A stretch of DNA of 61,668 nucleotides from Mizuhopecten yessoensis. Taxonomy: Eukaryota. The translations under genes and the position numbers were made by a program. The first letter of the stretch is position 1. Each line of letters opens with the position of its first letter. Location: positions 356,358-418,025 of the forward strand of contig NW_018408021.1 of NCBI RefSeq assembly GCF_002113885.1, written 5' to 3'. Under the pieces are notes generated by a model that saw nothing but the letters and a program-made list of their open reading frames with translations, did no database searches and was not told the origin of the DNA. Below are positions 12,095 to 25,754 of the stretch, in pieces.

Positions 12095-15000
12095 CTGTAG
12101 GTGGAGAATTGATAATGTTACTCAAAATAATCTTTGATCAAAAATAAATACTCATCTCTAATATTTCACATAAGATATCATGTTAATCTCACTGATACTC
12201 TAAGTCTCTATAGAGGTGATTCGTATTCTGCTTTGTGTCTTAGTAATTGTAAAAAACCCTGATAATTATGTATTTTTTATAAGATTTTGAAATAGCTGCC
12301 CAATACATATGCGTCAGCGTTCTTCTGCAGTCGTCTGTCACAATCTGTATACAAGAACTGAGCGCTTGAAATCGGGAACTGTGATATGTGTATTCCGTAT
12401 CGCTACTGACAAAGGGGGTAACTCTCATTATTTAAATATACCGTAAAAAATGCTCAACACAATTATATCTATTTGGATTTACTGTTTTCAAAATTTTAAA
12501 TGATGACATATGAAAAAAGGTTGTTTTCAGTTTGAATCCGTAGGCAGGTACCAGTGTGTTTCCATTATATTCAAGACCTAACTAGAAACTCCTGTCCGAA
12601 TAACAGGTAATTTACCGTATTATCTGACACATACCTCGAAATTGGAGACGTTAGCATTGACCATGATAGGAACTCGTCCCTGGTCATACTCTATATTCAA
12701 AGAATGACCTGTCAAACGATAGTCCGATGGGAAAGGACCTTGGAACTCCAACCCTGACTGGTGGTATGCCACCCCCAGAGCTGATAGTGCCAGACGGGAA
12801 GCTACGTCATGCTTGAAACGGGGATGGATGCTAAATTGAGAAACAGAAACATCTGTATTAGTAATATGAAAATATTATATAATTGCATCTTCAGGTCAAA
12901 GTACAAGTTAACTGTCAAAATATAATAGTTTGTGCAAGTAAAAGAAAAAACTTCAGTCAAAATTGACGAGATTCTATGAATTTCACTGAGAGACTTGGTA
13001 TAGTTAAGGGTTTGTTTGGGGTTTAACGTCCTCGTGGGTGCCTTGGCCTTGAAAGATGAGTACATAAGTTGCTGCTAGATTTAATCTGCTTACATTGATG
13101 AACAAAACTGATATACGGATTGATATGTGGTCGTGTTGAGAGGCACGAGTCTTACGCATCACCAAAATGTATCTGGAGAGACACATAGGTATCAAGGGAA
13201 TGACTAGCCTGTGCGTATTCATGGTCTATGCATGCATCGATTTAGCAATCAAGCTAAGACTGACACTTGCCAATATGAATACGCAGATAAATTCGTCTGA
13301 AAATCAATTATATTTAGGAGCGGTATTTCACGAAAACTGGAAACCAATAACCTTTCATAAGTCCTTAGGTACATTAATCATGTGTTCATTTGAACGCATT
13401 GATTTGAACATGAAACTGAGACTAACACTCACCAATACAATTGTGCAAACAACATTTGGGTGAATTTGAACCACGTATAGAGCAGTTATTGTACAGGAAA
13501 CAAGCGTGACAGACACATGCCCTAAATTAGTATCATCATATTCTTAAAAATCGGAGAAATGAAAATGTCAGAGAAACGCGTGGATAAAGTGAACCGTACC
13601 TGCCGTATGGTGAGCTAAAATCTGGTAGGTCTAATGCAACAGACATGAACGTGTTCGGCATCTTGGCGTTCGGTACTTTCCCATAGCCGGCGGTTTGGGC
13701 CCATCTCAGAGACGGAATTGGTATCACCTTTTCTTGCCCAGGCCTATATGGTGCAAGCTGTGTACAATCACATTTATTGGACTTTGTGATTATCAATCAT
13801 TACGGATTTTGTATATTTGCATGCATATCAAATATTGAAAATGAAACCGTGACGTTACCAAACGAATGGGAAATCTTAAAACAGGAACAATAATACCTAA
13901 AAAACAAATACAAAATTGATATTTTCTGCGTGTAGAAGAGAATCACGCTATAACTTGATCAAGATTGTTATTTCTAACTTGGAATCTAATTCCATATAAA
14001 TTTGTATTGTTTTATTTGTTGTAAGTGTCTTTATGCTATGCTTTGTACATAAAAATGGAAGTAGTTGGGCACAGTGGGTAGCGCGCTGGCCTTTCACCAA
14101 GACAGCCGGGCAATTAGTTATTGCATTCTTAACGGCCTTTACATCACACAAACGAAAGTTAAAAACACAAAACTTGTAAAGAAAAAGTGGCTATGGTTTG
14201 TTATTCAGGTAGTTTGAAAATGAATGATCCATTCGTAGACGGGCAAGGGCACTCATTAAGACCAAACGAGAGCGGTTAATGCATGAGTTGTTTCATTACT
14301 GTTGTAAAATAAGTATTTATTTTTAAACACTATGATTCAGAATTAAATAAATTATATACAAGAGTTTATTTTTTACTTACATTTTAATGATACGTTAACT
14401 TTGATAAATTCAAAGAAAGAGCAAAGGAAATCGTTCTTTCAATGAATAAATGTCTGTTACATAAGGCACCTAGCAGTCACGAAGGTTTATTGATAAATAA
14501 CTTGTTTTGTAAGATATCAAATTATGTGAAGTATTTCACCTGAACGAATCCGAAAGGAAATTCTGCGGACGTTGTATGCAGAGAGGCTGAGCTAAACCTT
14601 TGTCTCCAGTCGTTTATCATGGCAGGGAACTGGCATCTATACAAATCATATGCTCCGGCATTAGACTCTCCTACAAAGGGCAAGTGGAATCATTTGTTTG
14701 TTTGTTTGTTTGATTTTGTTTAACGTCCTATTAACAGCTAAGGTCATTTAAGGACGGCCTCCCCTGGGTGCAAGATGCATGCGTGTAGTTTATGTGTGTG
14801 TATTTTGGGAGGCTGCGATATGTTCGTGTTTGTCTCCTTGTGATAGCGCGGAACTGATGCCGACTTTATAGTGCTACCTCACTGAAACATACTGCCGAAG
14901 ACACCCAGCAGGACGCCCCACCCGGTCACATTATACTGACAACGGGCGAACCAGTCGTCCCACTCCTAATTTGCTGAGCGTTAAGCAGGAGTAGAAACTA

Positions 15001-18000
15001 CCATTTTTAAAGACTTTGGTATGTCTCGGCCAGGGGACAGAACCCAAAGCCTTCCTCACAGGGGCGAACGCTCAACAAATGGCCAAAAGTGAGGCATTGT
15101 CAAGGGAGACATTAGGAAGAAGAAAGTTATTTAGAAAGGAGAGAAGAGATAAGGTCCCAAATTTAGTCGCCTCTTACGATCATGCAATTGGGGGCAGCAG
15201 GTACAATTCTTACGCCCTACCTGCAGGGTAAAAAAAAAACTTGTTACATTTACACGGTAACGCTGAGATTGTGGAATCAGTGTTATATATATATATATCA
15301 TATTTATGAATGTGCCGGAGATAAATTTAATGTACTATCTTTGTATCAATTAATTTCATCCGACACTATTCTAGGAGAAGAGAAAGAAGATCAATAAATA
15401 AAAATATTAAAACCTAGTCTCAACAGGCTACGGTAAAATTTCGCGCTAGTCTGTCCATCAATCTTGAGTACTTTGTGACGTCACGTTACTATTGTAGTGT
15501 GATGACATGTAATTTTGACGTCACGATGTTGTCCTATTTAAATATACCTGAAGAGCCATGTGAAGGGTGAAAACAGCTTATTTTTTAGTCGGTCGTTAAT
15601 CTTATTTTTTCTATATTTACTTACTTCAAATGGACATTTAATCCTTTTTTATGATATATATATATATATATACAAAAGTGTTGCGTGACTAGTATACGTG
15701 TTTCAGAATAAAATATAAAGGATAAAGTTAAATTTCAATAATTGACACGACATGTTGGTGACTGTCACATCAATATCTTTTTCATGGATACAAATGTACA
15801 CGTGGGCATTTCTTATAATGTACATTAAATAAGATGAGGAACTTTATTTAATGTCCACTATCATAACGTATATCAACTATCGATACTGTCACAGCAACAT
15901 GAAATAAGACACATACAATTATCCTTTTAAAACAAGAATGCTGAGAAAAAAACGCCAAAACTGGTCTGCACTGTAACAAGTCCTTTTAAAAGAAGGTACT
16001 TTTGTGTTCGCATCTGATACATGCAGCAACCAAAATTCACATTACCTTGATACCAGATAGCTCCGTAAATAGTATTCCTAGTTAGAGGACTCATCATTGC
16101 ATTCCATAAATCCGAGTTTTGAATGGCTCTGAAATTGCAAATATTGGCATGAATGAACAATTATGTAATTCAGGTATAACATTTGTTTATTTCTTTCTAA
16201 AACTTATCGCTTGAAGCTCAAAAATAGATGCAACCGTGTTTGGTTAAAATACAACTTCATCACATGCGATACAAATAATATACTATCGAAGAAAATGCCA
16301 GCTTTTTTTTGTACGAAACGTGTTTTTGTAAAGAATTATAGTGTTTTTATCTTTTTAATCATTTGATTACTTACCGTTTGCCATTGTGGGGACATTTACT
16401 AAGGGCAAGCGTCGAAGACCACCATTCAATTTTCGTTCCACCCCAGTTTGATTCAATTAATCCGATCGGATATTTGAATTGTGAGGATAATTGTTTTCCA
16501 AACAACCAACAAACAGCGGAAAACTTGCCCAGGTTTGCTGAAAAAAAGTGGCATGAAACGTTGTTTTAACAGCTGTTGTATTGAACATTAGCATCCCGTA
16601 TCTCATTTAATTTTCGCCAAATCTACATTTGTGTTCTGATCTGCAAAGAAGGCTAATCGTGATTGGGAAATGCAGAATACATGATAAGTAAGTTATTTAT
16701 TAGATTATTAACGGCCAATAAACACAAAAAAGGTCATGAGGGTTAATTGAAAGTAATTTAAACATGTTAATTAAAATGTCATCAAACGAACGTTAAAGTA
16801 AAAGACAAACTTTGACGTAAAAAGTGAAAGTGACTGGTTATTAATATATTTTTGAACAGACAAATAATTTTTAGGTAGGTTAGAATTGAAGAGATATTAC
16901 CTGTTTCGAAAAGAGATTTGTGATCTGTTATATTATTATAAAAAATCTCTTGTTGTCTGAACGTCAATGCAAGCTAATAACAAGTGTTTTACTATAAATG
17001 GTTCATTGCAAGCAATGCATTGAGGCCGGTCTTTGTGTTTCAATAAATAAGAATGGGTTAAGCCGCAAGAGAACAATGAACATACAGCTGATGCTCTTTT
17101 CTAAAAATTACAATCCTCCCGCATCAGTTGCAACTGGAGCAATAAAAGCAGATATACACATGATAAGTAACAGACAACACCAACAACACATATATGCGTG
17201 TTCAGAGATAAACTAATTTAATGACGTAAATCATTTATTTATAAAGGTATATCGTTATACTTCTTCTAATGCCCTTGACCAAATTTGATAAATTATGACC
17301 CTATTTCGGCCATTTAGGTAATAAACTCGGCAAAATTCTGATCGCACGTCTACAATATGATTTTGTAGATCATGTGTTATTATTGTTAAACAATCAAATA
17401 CTGTTTTGTTAAAGGATTATAACCAAGATATTATTTACCTCGAGCTGGAATAGACCAGTGCAGAGCAGGTGTCACATTGAAGTCATCTAGTTCAGCATTG
17501 GACTGTGCGTGCGTGGCCTTAAATAGGCGGACATTTCTGTAGCTTGAAGCCTCTGCGTACTCGGCAGAAGCGTTTACGACCTATTCGACAGAACCATATT
17601 ATTCAAATTAGTAGTCTGTACGGATTGATTTAAAAAGATGTTTGCAGCAATGAAATTAAGATACATTACTTGTAAAACATCGGCAATAAGAAAGTAACCA
17701 TGTTATCTCGTGTAACGTTTAAATTGATAAAAAATGGGTCAACTTTGTAAAGTAAATTATGTTTTTAAGCTTTAATTTTTGTTTCATTAAAATGTTGGGT
17801 GAAATTCTCCAGATAATTTCAGAAATGGATACTGAAAGTTTTGCACTTGGTGAACTCTTATGACCCTGACCCTTTGTCACCTTGGAGACAACGCGCTTCC
17901 AGAGTATACATTTTGATCCTCATCATCTAAGCATCACTAATGAACCGTTTGTTAAAATACACCCGTTAGTTTCATAGGAGATGATTTTAAAGGTTTTGCA

Positions 18001-19678
18001 TTTTGCACTCTGTGACATTTTACCGCCACGCCCCTCAGCCCCATCTTAAGGATTGACACTTGAGTATTAATCTCAAAATAAACGCCCAGTTTGTCAACAA
18101 TACCATAAAAACTCACCCCACTCATGGTAAATTCCATGTTGCTCTGTCCGGAACAAATCCACACATCACCGAACATGACGTCATGTAGAGTTATGGTCCC
18201 TTCACTCGACTTTGCCGCAAGAGTGAATGGACCATAGTTATCGCCAGTGACGACAACTTTCGATATCCACGTTATGACTCCTTTTGCGTTTTGCGTGACA
18301 ATATCTTCACCGACCTTGTGACCGTTTAGGAACAGCTGTACTGTGTCGCCGAGGTGAGAGGATGTCCCCCAAACAATCGCCCCGCCCGCTCCCTGCTGCA
18401 GCACCATATGGTTGTTGTAGTACGATGCAAACTTAAATGTCGAGCTGCCCACTGGAGACAGGAAATTAATTTCTATGTTGGTCGACTCATATACTATGCT
18501 TGTAAATAACACCATATGCAAGTGGAATTGCTAGGATTTATACGCTTATCTCGACATTGTGCGGGGATATTGTTGACATTTTTAACTCGATTCTGATTAT
18601 TCCACGTAAAATGAGATTTAGTTGGGGGTCACTGCAGCATAGTGTTTTTTTCTGTGTGTTCTGCTAAAAGAACATGTAATATGAAAGAATCAGACTGCTG
18701 CCCAAATAGCAACACTTTAGGTCGTTCGCATTTCCTATCGTTATATATGTATATATTTGTATTGTATATTGGCAACCATCCTCATTTGACCCGTGCTTTC
18801 GAATAGAAGTTAAACGCGATACATTTTTTTTCATGAGTGCTTTAGCTTGGTACAGATTCGTGCACTACACTTCCGCTTCTCAATCAAGTTCTGGTGTCGG
18901 AGCTTGTCTAATTTGCTTGATCAGAGTTTGGCATCATTGCAACAGAAACAAATTAAATAAAAGCCTATTTATAATCATATATTTACTGCCTTTTTCGTAG
19001 GAAACACGTTTCTATGTTTCTCTGAGAATTATAATGATGCGACCCTCGTGAAACATGGTAAATCATAGAGAAACAAATAATCGTGTTTCCCTACAAAAAG
19101 GACAAACCATATTTTATTACAATAACACTATAGTAAAGATGATCAGATTACTGAGCCATTGTATTCTGCTTCAATTACTTGTAACTCAGTTGCTCTGAAT
19201 AAGGGATCTATGACCGGGAAAATGCGAGCGCGTGAAATAGACATAATGTTTGATTTCCCTAATGCAATTTACATAACCTAATCATGTAGTTATAAAGATG
19301 AAGTAAACTAATAATATTATTTTCATATGAATTAGGTCCAAAATCAACAACTCATGTATATTCTACAATATCTTGGGGAATTGCTATTCTTTTGCTTTCA
19401 AATTGTCATTATTAAATTTACAAGTTTACCCTAACAAAATTTGTCTGTCCTATAGCTGTTGATAGTTTATCATTAGATTGGTGCCAAGGGAAACACCACA
19501 GGAAAGAAAAGTAGAAAAGTAAGAATAAGTTATAGATAGACCTGTTAAGGTAAACACGTATTGTATGCTTAAAATGGGCCTAACTAGGAACCTTTGAAGA
19601 CATTACATAGACAAATTACTTACAGCCCACGACATTGCAAAAGGTCACACAACACAACAGCCAATGGATTCCAGTCAT
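11864..19678 (-). CDS. SIAE: Sialate O-acetylesterase-like protein, copy A (intact, 9 exons, 497 aa, signal peptide)
   Basis: Exons 19678-19624, 18451-18117, 17580-17439, 16537-16375, 16128-16046, 14670-14540, 13757-13600, 12830-12635, 12094-11864 give an open 1494-nt frame with GT-AG introns. Motifs HMVLQ, FGDVWICSGQSNM (nucleophile Ser), FSAVCWLFG, PIGLIESNWGGT, WYQGESN, FPAMINDWR, FGFVQL, DL..IHP, RYAW, LPAPPF. Confidence 0.95.
12635..12830 (-). CDS. SIAE: SIAE-A exon 8 (catalytic His, IHP)
   Basis: IHPRFKHDVASRLALSALGVAY...QGP...NFE. Confidence 0.95.
13600..13757 (-). CDS. SIAE: SIAE-A exon 7
   Basis: LAPYRP...LRWAQTAGYGKVPNAKMPNTFMSVALDLPDFSSPYG. Confidence 0.95.
14540..14670 (-). CDS. 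SIAE: SIAE-A exon 6
   Basis: GESNAGAYDLYRCQFPAMINDWR...FPFGFVQ. Confidence 0.95.
14695..15230 (-). mobile_element. tRNA-derived SINE, most complete copy of a dispersed family, (AAAC)n tail
   Basis: Minus strand has a tRNA-like block GTTGAGCGTTCGCCCC...GGGTTCTGTCCCCTGGCCG, a central GTCAGTATAATGTGACCGGGTGGG core and an AAAC tail at 14695-14712; about 10 partial copies in the window. Confidence 0.8.
16046..16128 (-). CDS. SIAE: SIAE-A exon 5
   Basis: SDLWNAMMSPLTRNTIYGAIWYQ. Confidence 0.95.
16375..16537 (-). CDS. SIAE: SIAE-A exon 4
   Basis: FSAVCWLFGKQL...PIGLIESNWGGTKIEWWS. Confidence 0.95.
17439..17580 (-). CDS. SIAE: SIAE-A exon 3
   Basis: VVNASAEYAEASSYRNVRLF...HWSIPAR; 142 nt in all three copies. 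Confidence 0.92.
18117..18451 (-). CDS. SIAE: SIAE-A exon 2 (GQSNM catalytic Ser)
   Basis: 335 nt, CTCCAG acceptor, GTGAGT donor. Confidence 0.95.
19624..19678 (-). CDS. SIAE: SIAE-A exon 1 (signal peptide MTGIHWLLCCVTFCNVVG)
   Basis: Phase-1 GTAAGT donor; near-identical exon in copy B. Confidence 0.85.
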
Positions 19679-19689
19679 TGTTTTCGAGT

Positions 19690-19905
19690 CGTTTCCTCAC
19701 TGACTGGTTAGATAAGACTGTGTGATCTAGTATAAGACTCGTACCTCTTATCTCTTATCTCTCCACACGCTATGACCGTTGCGTTTGCAAGCATACGTAA
19801 AAGGAAAGGGATCACCTCATTTAAAGACATTCAAGTCGTAACAACTGAATGTACCACTGCAAAGAGTTAAAACGTACGTATGTAGGCTATGACGTAGCTT
19901 ACGTG
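19690..19905 (-). promoter_or_regulatory. Putative SIAE-A proximal promoter, conserved with copy B
   Basis: Alignable to 32610-32820: shared ACAACTGAATG, TACCACTGC, TATGACGTA (CRE-like) and AGATAA (GATA) blocks. Confidence 0.5.
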
Positions 19906-22137
19906 GCTCAAAACAAAAAACATTGTATTTGTATTACTTATTCTTTCTAATTTTACTTCCATTTTGTGAGTGTGTGTTTCTTTGAGTTTTTGTTATAGTT
20001 TTTAACCTTTATTTCATCTTCTAATATCACACATTCATAAGCTTTTTCAGTGTATGTCTGTGCCATAATAGGTTTAATATTTTATATTTCTTGTAAAAAA
20101 AAAAACGCTGTCAAAAATACGTTCATCAGTCCGGGGTGTTTTTATATATGTTTTAATTTGTGTAAAACTCCCTCTCCCCGCTCTAGTACAGTGAACTCGA
20201 GGAACAATACCTCAACGGGGTCGGGTTTCTTTTCGCCACTTTATATTCAACACTTTGTTTTCATTTTGTATTGTTTACGGTCAATCTACACAGAAATGTC
20301 ACTAAGCCTATAGCGATAAAAATAAACTCTAAGCTTACATTGGTAAAAAGAAACGACTGAAATGTTAATATTCCTAAAGAAAAGATATATTGCTCGATTA
20401 GTGTAAACGCTATATTCTATAATAGAGGCCTATTTCTTGCATTTATGTGATGATAGTACCGCAGTAACTTGTTACATGAAGTAAGGAGTGTTAAGTAAGT
20501 GAAGTAATGTTGATAGCGCTTCTTGCTTTAATAAACGTAAGCATACTGTTTTAGGTATTTTTCTGTTACGCGTGGTTTCTTAATCGTTGAATTGGTGTTG
20601 TATAAATGGCTTTCATTACTGTGACGACAATAAAGACAGCAATGGAAAGATAATTAATAATTCGAGGTTCTTATTTACCGCTTTATCACAACCAAGTTCG
20701 TAGGTTGTCTTAAAGCGGTTCACAAATTATTAAATGATGATGATTTTAACAAATTCGACAAACGAACAAAAATTCGTAAATAAATAACTACATGAGGAAG
20801 TCATGAGGAGGGAGGGCCGTAGGTTAAGGGGGTTGCTATTTTTTCGAATTTGTTTTATTGAATATATTCTGACAGTATTTCTTAAAAAAATATTACATCC
20901 CTTTTAATGACTGTAACTTATTATGAGAATGTTCCGGTCCATATTATAGTTACAGCTGTGGAATGGCACAACGTTACACGAGAAGCAGTGTGCGCAGCAT
21001 GAAGAAATACTGTGCGATACTAACGTTTGCACAAATGTGCGATGGTTTGATGAATATTAAGAAATGGTCAGTGAAGATATACAATTTCTGATTTAATGTA
21101 TATCTTTTCTGATTTAAGCATGTTGTCATACATCTACGTTGTATACACAATAAACATAGGTAAGGTCTAGTTGTGTTTTAATACGTTAACTATCGAATTA
21201 TCGATGAACTCTAATTGGCAATTAACTCCATGCAATTCACGACGTATTTGTACTAGAAATGTACCTGACGGTGCAGCCCCATTATTAACAGTTTTACGGT
21301 TTATGAAATAATGTGAAAAATGTTTTGAAATAAGAAAAGATGAAACAATATACCTATCTGATATTTAAAAGATGTGACGTTGGTGCGATCGGTAGTTAAA
21401 TCACGCAGTTGTGCGCTATATGTGCGGATGATGCATGCACAATGTGCGCACGTTAATTTTGCTGCGTTATGCTATCACACAACTGTATCACACATGATCA
21501 ATCCATACAGGAGAGACCCTGACAGCCAATACATTGTCTATTAAAATCAAATGTTATATGAAAATGACATACAACAAACGTGAAGGTAAACGACAAAAGT
21601 CAACTTGATTATTGAAAGTTGCTATGGGGATTCTTTGGAAAAAGACCAATAGCTTTCCGATAGTTTAAAATTGTAAAGAAAGTCATTATTTTAAAGAGAG
21701 AATTAAGTTATATTACGTTATCAAAGAAGTTTTCTCGAGTCGACTGAAGGTTAATGCAATCATACAACAAATGTTTTACTGTAAATGGTTTCTGGCATGC
21801 TACATTGTATACAATGAGGCTGAAAATCATCGACTCGGTGACTTTCTCTGTAGGTACGATGTTGGAGTTCAAAATTGATGGAGTGTGATTGTTGTCTATG
21901 CGTTCTTATAAACTTTGTAATAAGTATTTGAAAACAAACAGGTGGTATCAACAGAGCTGCTTTCGCGGTGCAAACTGCCTTTCTATTAGCGAATGGAACC
22001 GATGGTATGCCATAAACTCACTAATACATTCTTAATTGCGATTGGTGACGGCGTGTGAATGCTATTTCCCATTAAAGCAAAGAAAAAGTCTTCAAATGCG
22101 CTAAGATTTGAAAATTTATTTTTTTCATCTTGCACGC

Positions 22138-22368
22138 TCAAAGAAAGCTGTGGTAAAATGGTGGCCCCGGTAGGTCAGTGTCCCGTCCGTAAACTGCGCA
22201 CTGCTTGAATGGACACGGACTTTCCCGCCACGCATATCGAACGGCAGCCACGGTTACGTGGCCACACTTAATTGTGTTCAGAGTAACAGACGATACATCT
22301 TGTGATGTCATTGGTGCAGGTTTCCAATTTCCATTGTTTTTATCACAGAGCGCTTCTGAGCAGCATAC
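22138..22368 (-). CDS. SIAE: SIAE-B exon 9
   Basis: VCCSEALC...RYAWRESPCPFKQCAVYGRDTDLPGPPFYHSFL*. Confidence 0.92.
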   Translation of the reverse strand, partial: VCCSEALCDKNNGNWKPAPMTSQDVSSVTLNTIKCGHVTVAAVRYAWRESPCPFKQCAVYGRDTDLPGPPFYHSFL

Positions 22369-22770
22369 CTTTCAGTAAAGAAATGATACATTTACTATAA
22401 TATATCTACTAACAAATAGTTAGTTACTTAACGGTCAAGCAAGGGTCAAGTCACTTCGGGCCTTACAACAATGATAAGGTTCACTTAAACACTGGCACTG
22501 TCATGCGTCGTCAGAGGATAATTCAGATACTGATCAATTATATAATATACAGTGATTATTACGCGTGTCGATACATTATTACATGTATGACCCTTCTTGT
22601 ATTAATGTAAGATTTGCATACTTGATCCATACAAATGTAAATAACTTCTTCAAAATCCCGTCTTGCATTTTTCTGTTTAGTAATCATAAAAGGTTACTGG
22701 AACTTCTTGTTTATATTTCAAATAACGTTCATATATAAAGATATGCTTCATAATATTGTGTTTACTCTAC

Positions 22771-22966
22771 CTCAAAGTTAGTGGTGTTAGCATTAACCCT
22801 GATAGGCGTTCGTCCCTGGTCATACTCTATATTCAGGGAGTGACCGGTCAATTGGTAGTCCGAAAGGTATGGGCCCTGGTACTCCAGCCCAGACTTGTGG
22901 TATGCCACAGCAAGAGCAGATAGGGCCAGACGGGATGCCACATCATGCTTGAAACGGGGATGGATG
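22771..22966 (-). CDS. SIAE: SIAE-B exon 8
   Basis: IHPRFKHDVASRLAL...NFE. Confidence 0.92.
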
Positions 22967-23149
22967 CTGAATTGAGAGAGAACACCAAATTAATATTGCA
23001 GTAAAGATAATAACAATAAAATACAACATAACCTGAAGTAAATTGACATATTTGAAAACAATTGACATTTACAACGAAGCGACTATGTATTTGATGTTTT
23101 GTGATATATTCTCGAATTTCGGGAGTGTTTGGATTATTTTTATTGTGGT

Positions 23150-23400
23150 AGGCATCCTTCATTGACCAGGCCATTTAAGGACGTCCCTCCATGTGTATTA
23201 TGTATGTGTGCAAGCGACGTGTATTTGATGCCCACTTGAGAGTACTACCTCAGTGAGCGAGACGCAATGCCGATACGCCTGGTTAAAAAATCTACCAAAT
23301 CACATTAATATATTGACACCGGATTACGATTACCCTGAAAGTTAAAAGTGTATCTTGGAACAAGTACCATTTAAAGGACTTTGGTATATCCCAGCCTGGG
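23150..23400 (-). mobile_element. Degenerate SINE-family copy
   Basis: GCCATTTAAGGACGTCCCTCC, GTACTACCTCA and GACTTTGGTAT blocks shared with 14695-15230. Confidence 0.55.
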
Positions 23401-24450
23401 CACACTACGTAGGAATTGGATTGCACAAAATACACATAATTAGACATGTATACATCTATATACCTACATAAAAATAACAGAAACTAAAAAACGATTGTAA
23501 AACATTGCTCTTGAAGATATCTTACTGATGATTTTTTTTTTTTGCAAAATAGCAAAGGTGGAATGACCAACATGTATGCGGAATTCTTAAACTTTGAAAA
23601 AAGTCTATTGAGAAAGGAGTAGATAAAGTCATGAAAATAAATCGTGATGCGATGGGCTGGATGGGATAGACATGGGCAAGCCTTTTCCCCACTTTTTATG
23701 GGTAAGGGGGTGGGTGGGGGCATTATTAACAAGGGTAAACGCTTAGCCTTGGGTTGATGAACCTGATAAACAGAGGCAACTGGGCAAAAACATCATAAAC
23801 TCTCACAGATGTGCCACAGTCCACTAGTGTATGGAGTATAAGATGCAGATATAATGATGGACACGCTTGTGGAAGAAAAAGGCTATCTGATCATTTTCGG
23901 CTGATATGCTAGACTACGATTTTCATCTTTCGAATTGGAACAATTTCATGTGCATGAACGTGTAATGTATTTACCGAATACATATAATTAGAAGGTATGC
24001 TTGCGATGTCTTTCGATTATAGGGGAGACAAATGGAAAAATAATTACGATATCCATGTCGGGTGCAAAAAACGTTCGTTGTTTTGCATGTATTACAGATA
24101 TAATTTTCTTCTGCTATTTAGCGAAATCCCGCCATTAGAACAATATATTTCCGTATTTTACCAGCAACGTTTTTAAGCTTATCCCTTATACATTTTAACC
24201 AGACATGGTCAGAAAGACGCTTGGTATCAGTAAGTGCCAAATTCAAATGCAGCGGTGCAGTTGTTTTTTATTAACGACTTCAAATTGTAGAAAGGGGATA
24301 AAGAAATCAGGAACCAATGCAGGTGTGATTGGTTAGAGAAAGATACATAAACAAATTGATTTCAAAGGACATGCTCTTTGTATCTTGAAAACTATTTTGA
24401 AAACTACATGTAACAGTAAAACATGTAGAAACGTGTGAAGTGATTCGTAC

Positions 24451-24605
24451 CTGCCGAATGGTGAACTAAAATCCGGTAGGTCTAAAGCAACAGACATGAA
24501 GGTGTTCGGCATCTTGGCGTTTGGTACTTTTCCATAACCGGCTGTTTGCGCCCACCTCAGGGAAGGAAACCCTTTGCTTTCTTCTCCAGCCCTAAATGGT
24601 GCCAG
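24451..24605 (-). CDS. SIAE: SIAE-B exon 7
   Basis: LAPFRAGEESKGFPSLRWAQTAGYG...DLPDFSSPFG. Confidence 0.92.
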
Positions 24606-25623
24606 CTACAAAGATAAGTTTCTATATGCAATCCCATAATATAAAAAAATGTTATATTATACAGAGAGAATCTTCTGTACATTATATCAGCGTCAACTAG
24701 GTGGGAGGGAAGGGGGATGGGGACATATATAACCCCGCATACACGTATATATTAAATATATAAATATTATTCTTTGTATTCTGATGTTATTTTTTATCGA
24801 ATTGCCTTTTTATTTTTTTGGGATGATCTCGCGTTGAGAACACATTTTCCCGCCATTTTCTCGCTAAAGAAGGGGGATGTGTGAACACTCTGTCACATAT
24901 AAGCTTCAGTTTCTAGGCTTATTCAAAACACCGAGAACACTGCTATCAGGATATTATAATGAAACGATGTGGACACGGTTACAGATTTCCGGAATCGGCA
25001 GAAAAAATACTAAATCATAGAGTGAATAGGTAAAATGTTAAGTGTACTTTTTTATGTTAAAATCGTAAGGATTACACCAAAAGAGGATGGGTTGGCACTT
25101 CTGCATTATACTGCCAATACAGAAGGATTAAAAAAAGATTGAAAAATGAGCAAATGCAAATGAGTGTTGTACAAATGTTTACGTAAAGGGGCATTACTCT
25201 CTTAAAAAGGTCCAAAACATGAAATTATAAAAGGGGGGTAACTTTCTATAGTAATGTCACTACGCAAAAAAAATCAAAGAAATCTACCAAAATGCATAAC
25301 CGGACAAATTATGTCTACGGAGAGACGGAGAGACGGAAAAGCTGATTAAAGTATACCCCCCCCCCCCCNGTGGTTGTAGGTTGATTGGGTATAGTAATCG
25401 AATTGATATTTTCTGACGAAAAACAACTTGTTTTATCACTGTCAATTTCTAAATGATGGGGATATGAATAATCTAAGGCGTTTTATAAAATTCTAGGCAT
25501 AATTACAAAACAAATTACATCACGAATATTGATTGTGATATATTGAGCTCGATTTATCAGATCGATTTATTAGGATAGCTTGATTAACTGCATTCTGTTA
25601 TGTCGTAAATACAAGCACTCAAC

Positions 25624-25754
25624 CTGTACAAATCCAAATTGAAATTCTGCGGATGTCGTATGAAGGGATGCTGAGCTAAACGTTTGTCTCCAGTCGTTTA
25701 TCATTTCTGGGAACTGGCAAGTATACAAAGTAGACGCTCCAGCATTTGCCTCCC
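25624..25754 (-). CDS. SIAE: SIAE-B exon 6
   Basis: GEANAGASTLYTCQFPEMINDWR...FGFVQ. Confidence 0.92.

Noticed and set aside
15040-15085. tRNA gene
   Set aside because: Only degenerate A/B-box-like sequence inside a SINE; no full cloverleaf. The same applies near 14065 and 58240.
17952-18521. 189-aa ORF as a stand-alone gene (likewise 29456-29929 and 53525-53971)
   Set aside because: Each is SIAE exon 2 with read-through into flanking intron.
25369-25369. Single N (another at 57470)
   Set aside because: Assembly ambiguity or join, not biology; it does mean local contiguity should be confirmed.
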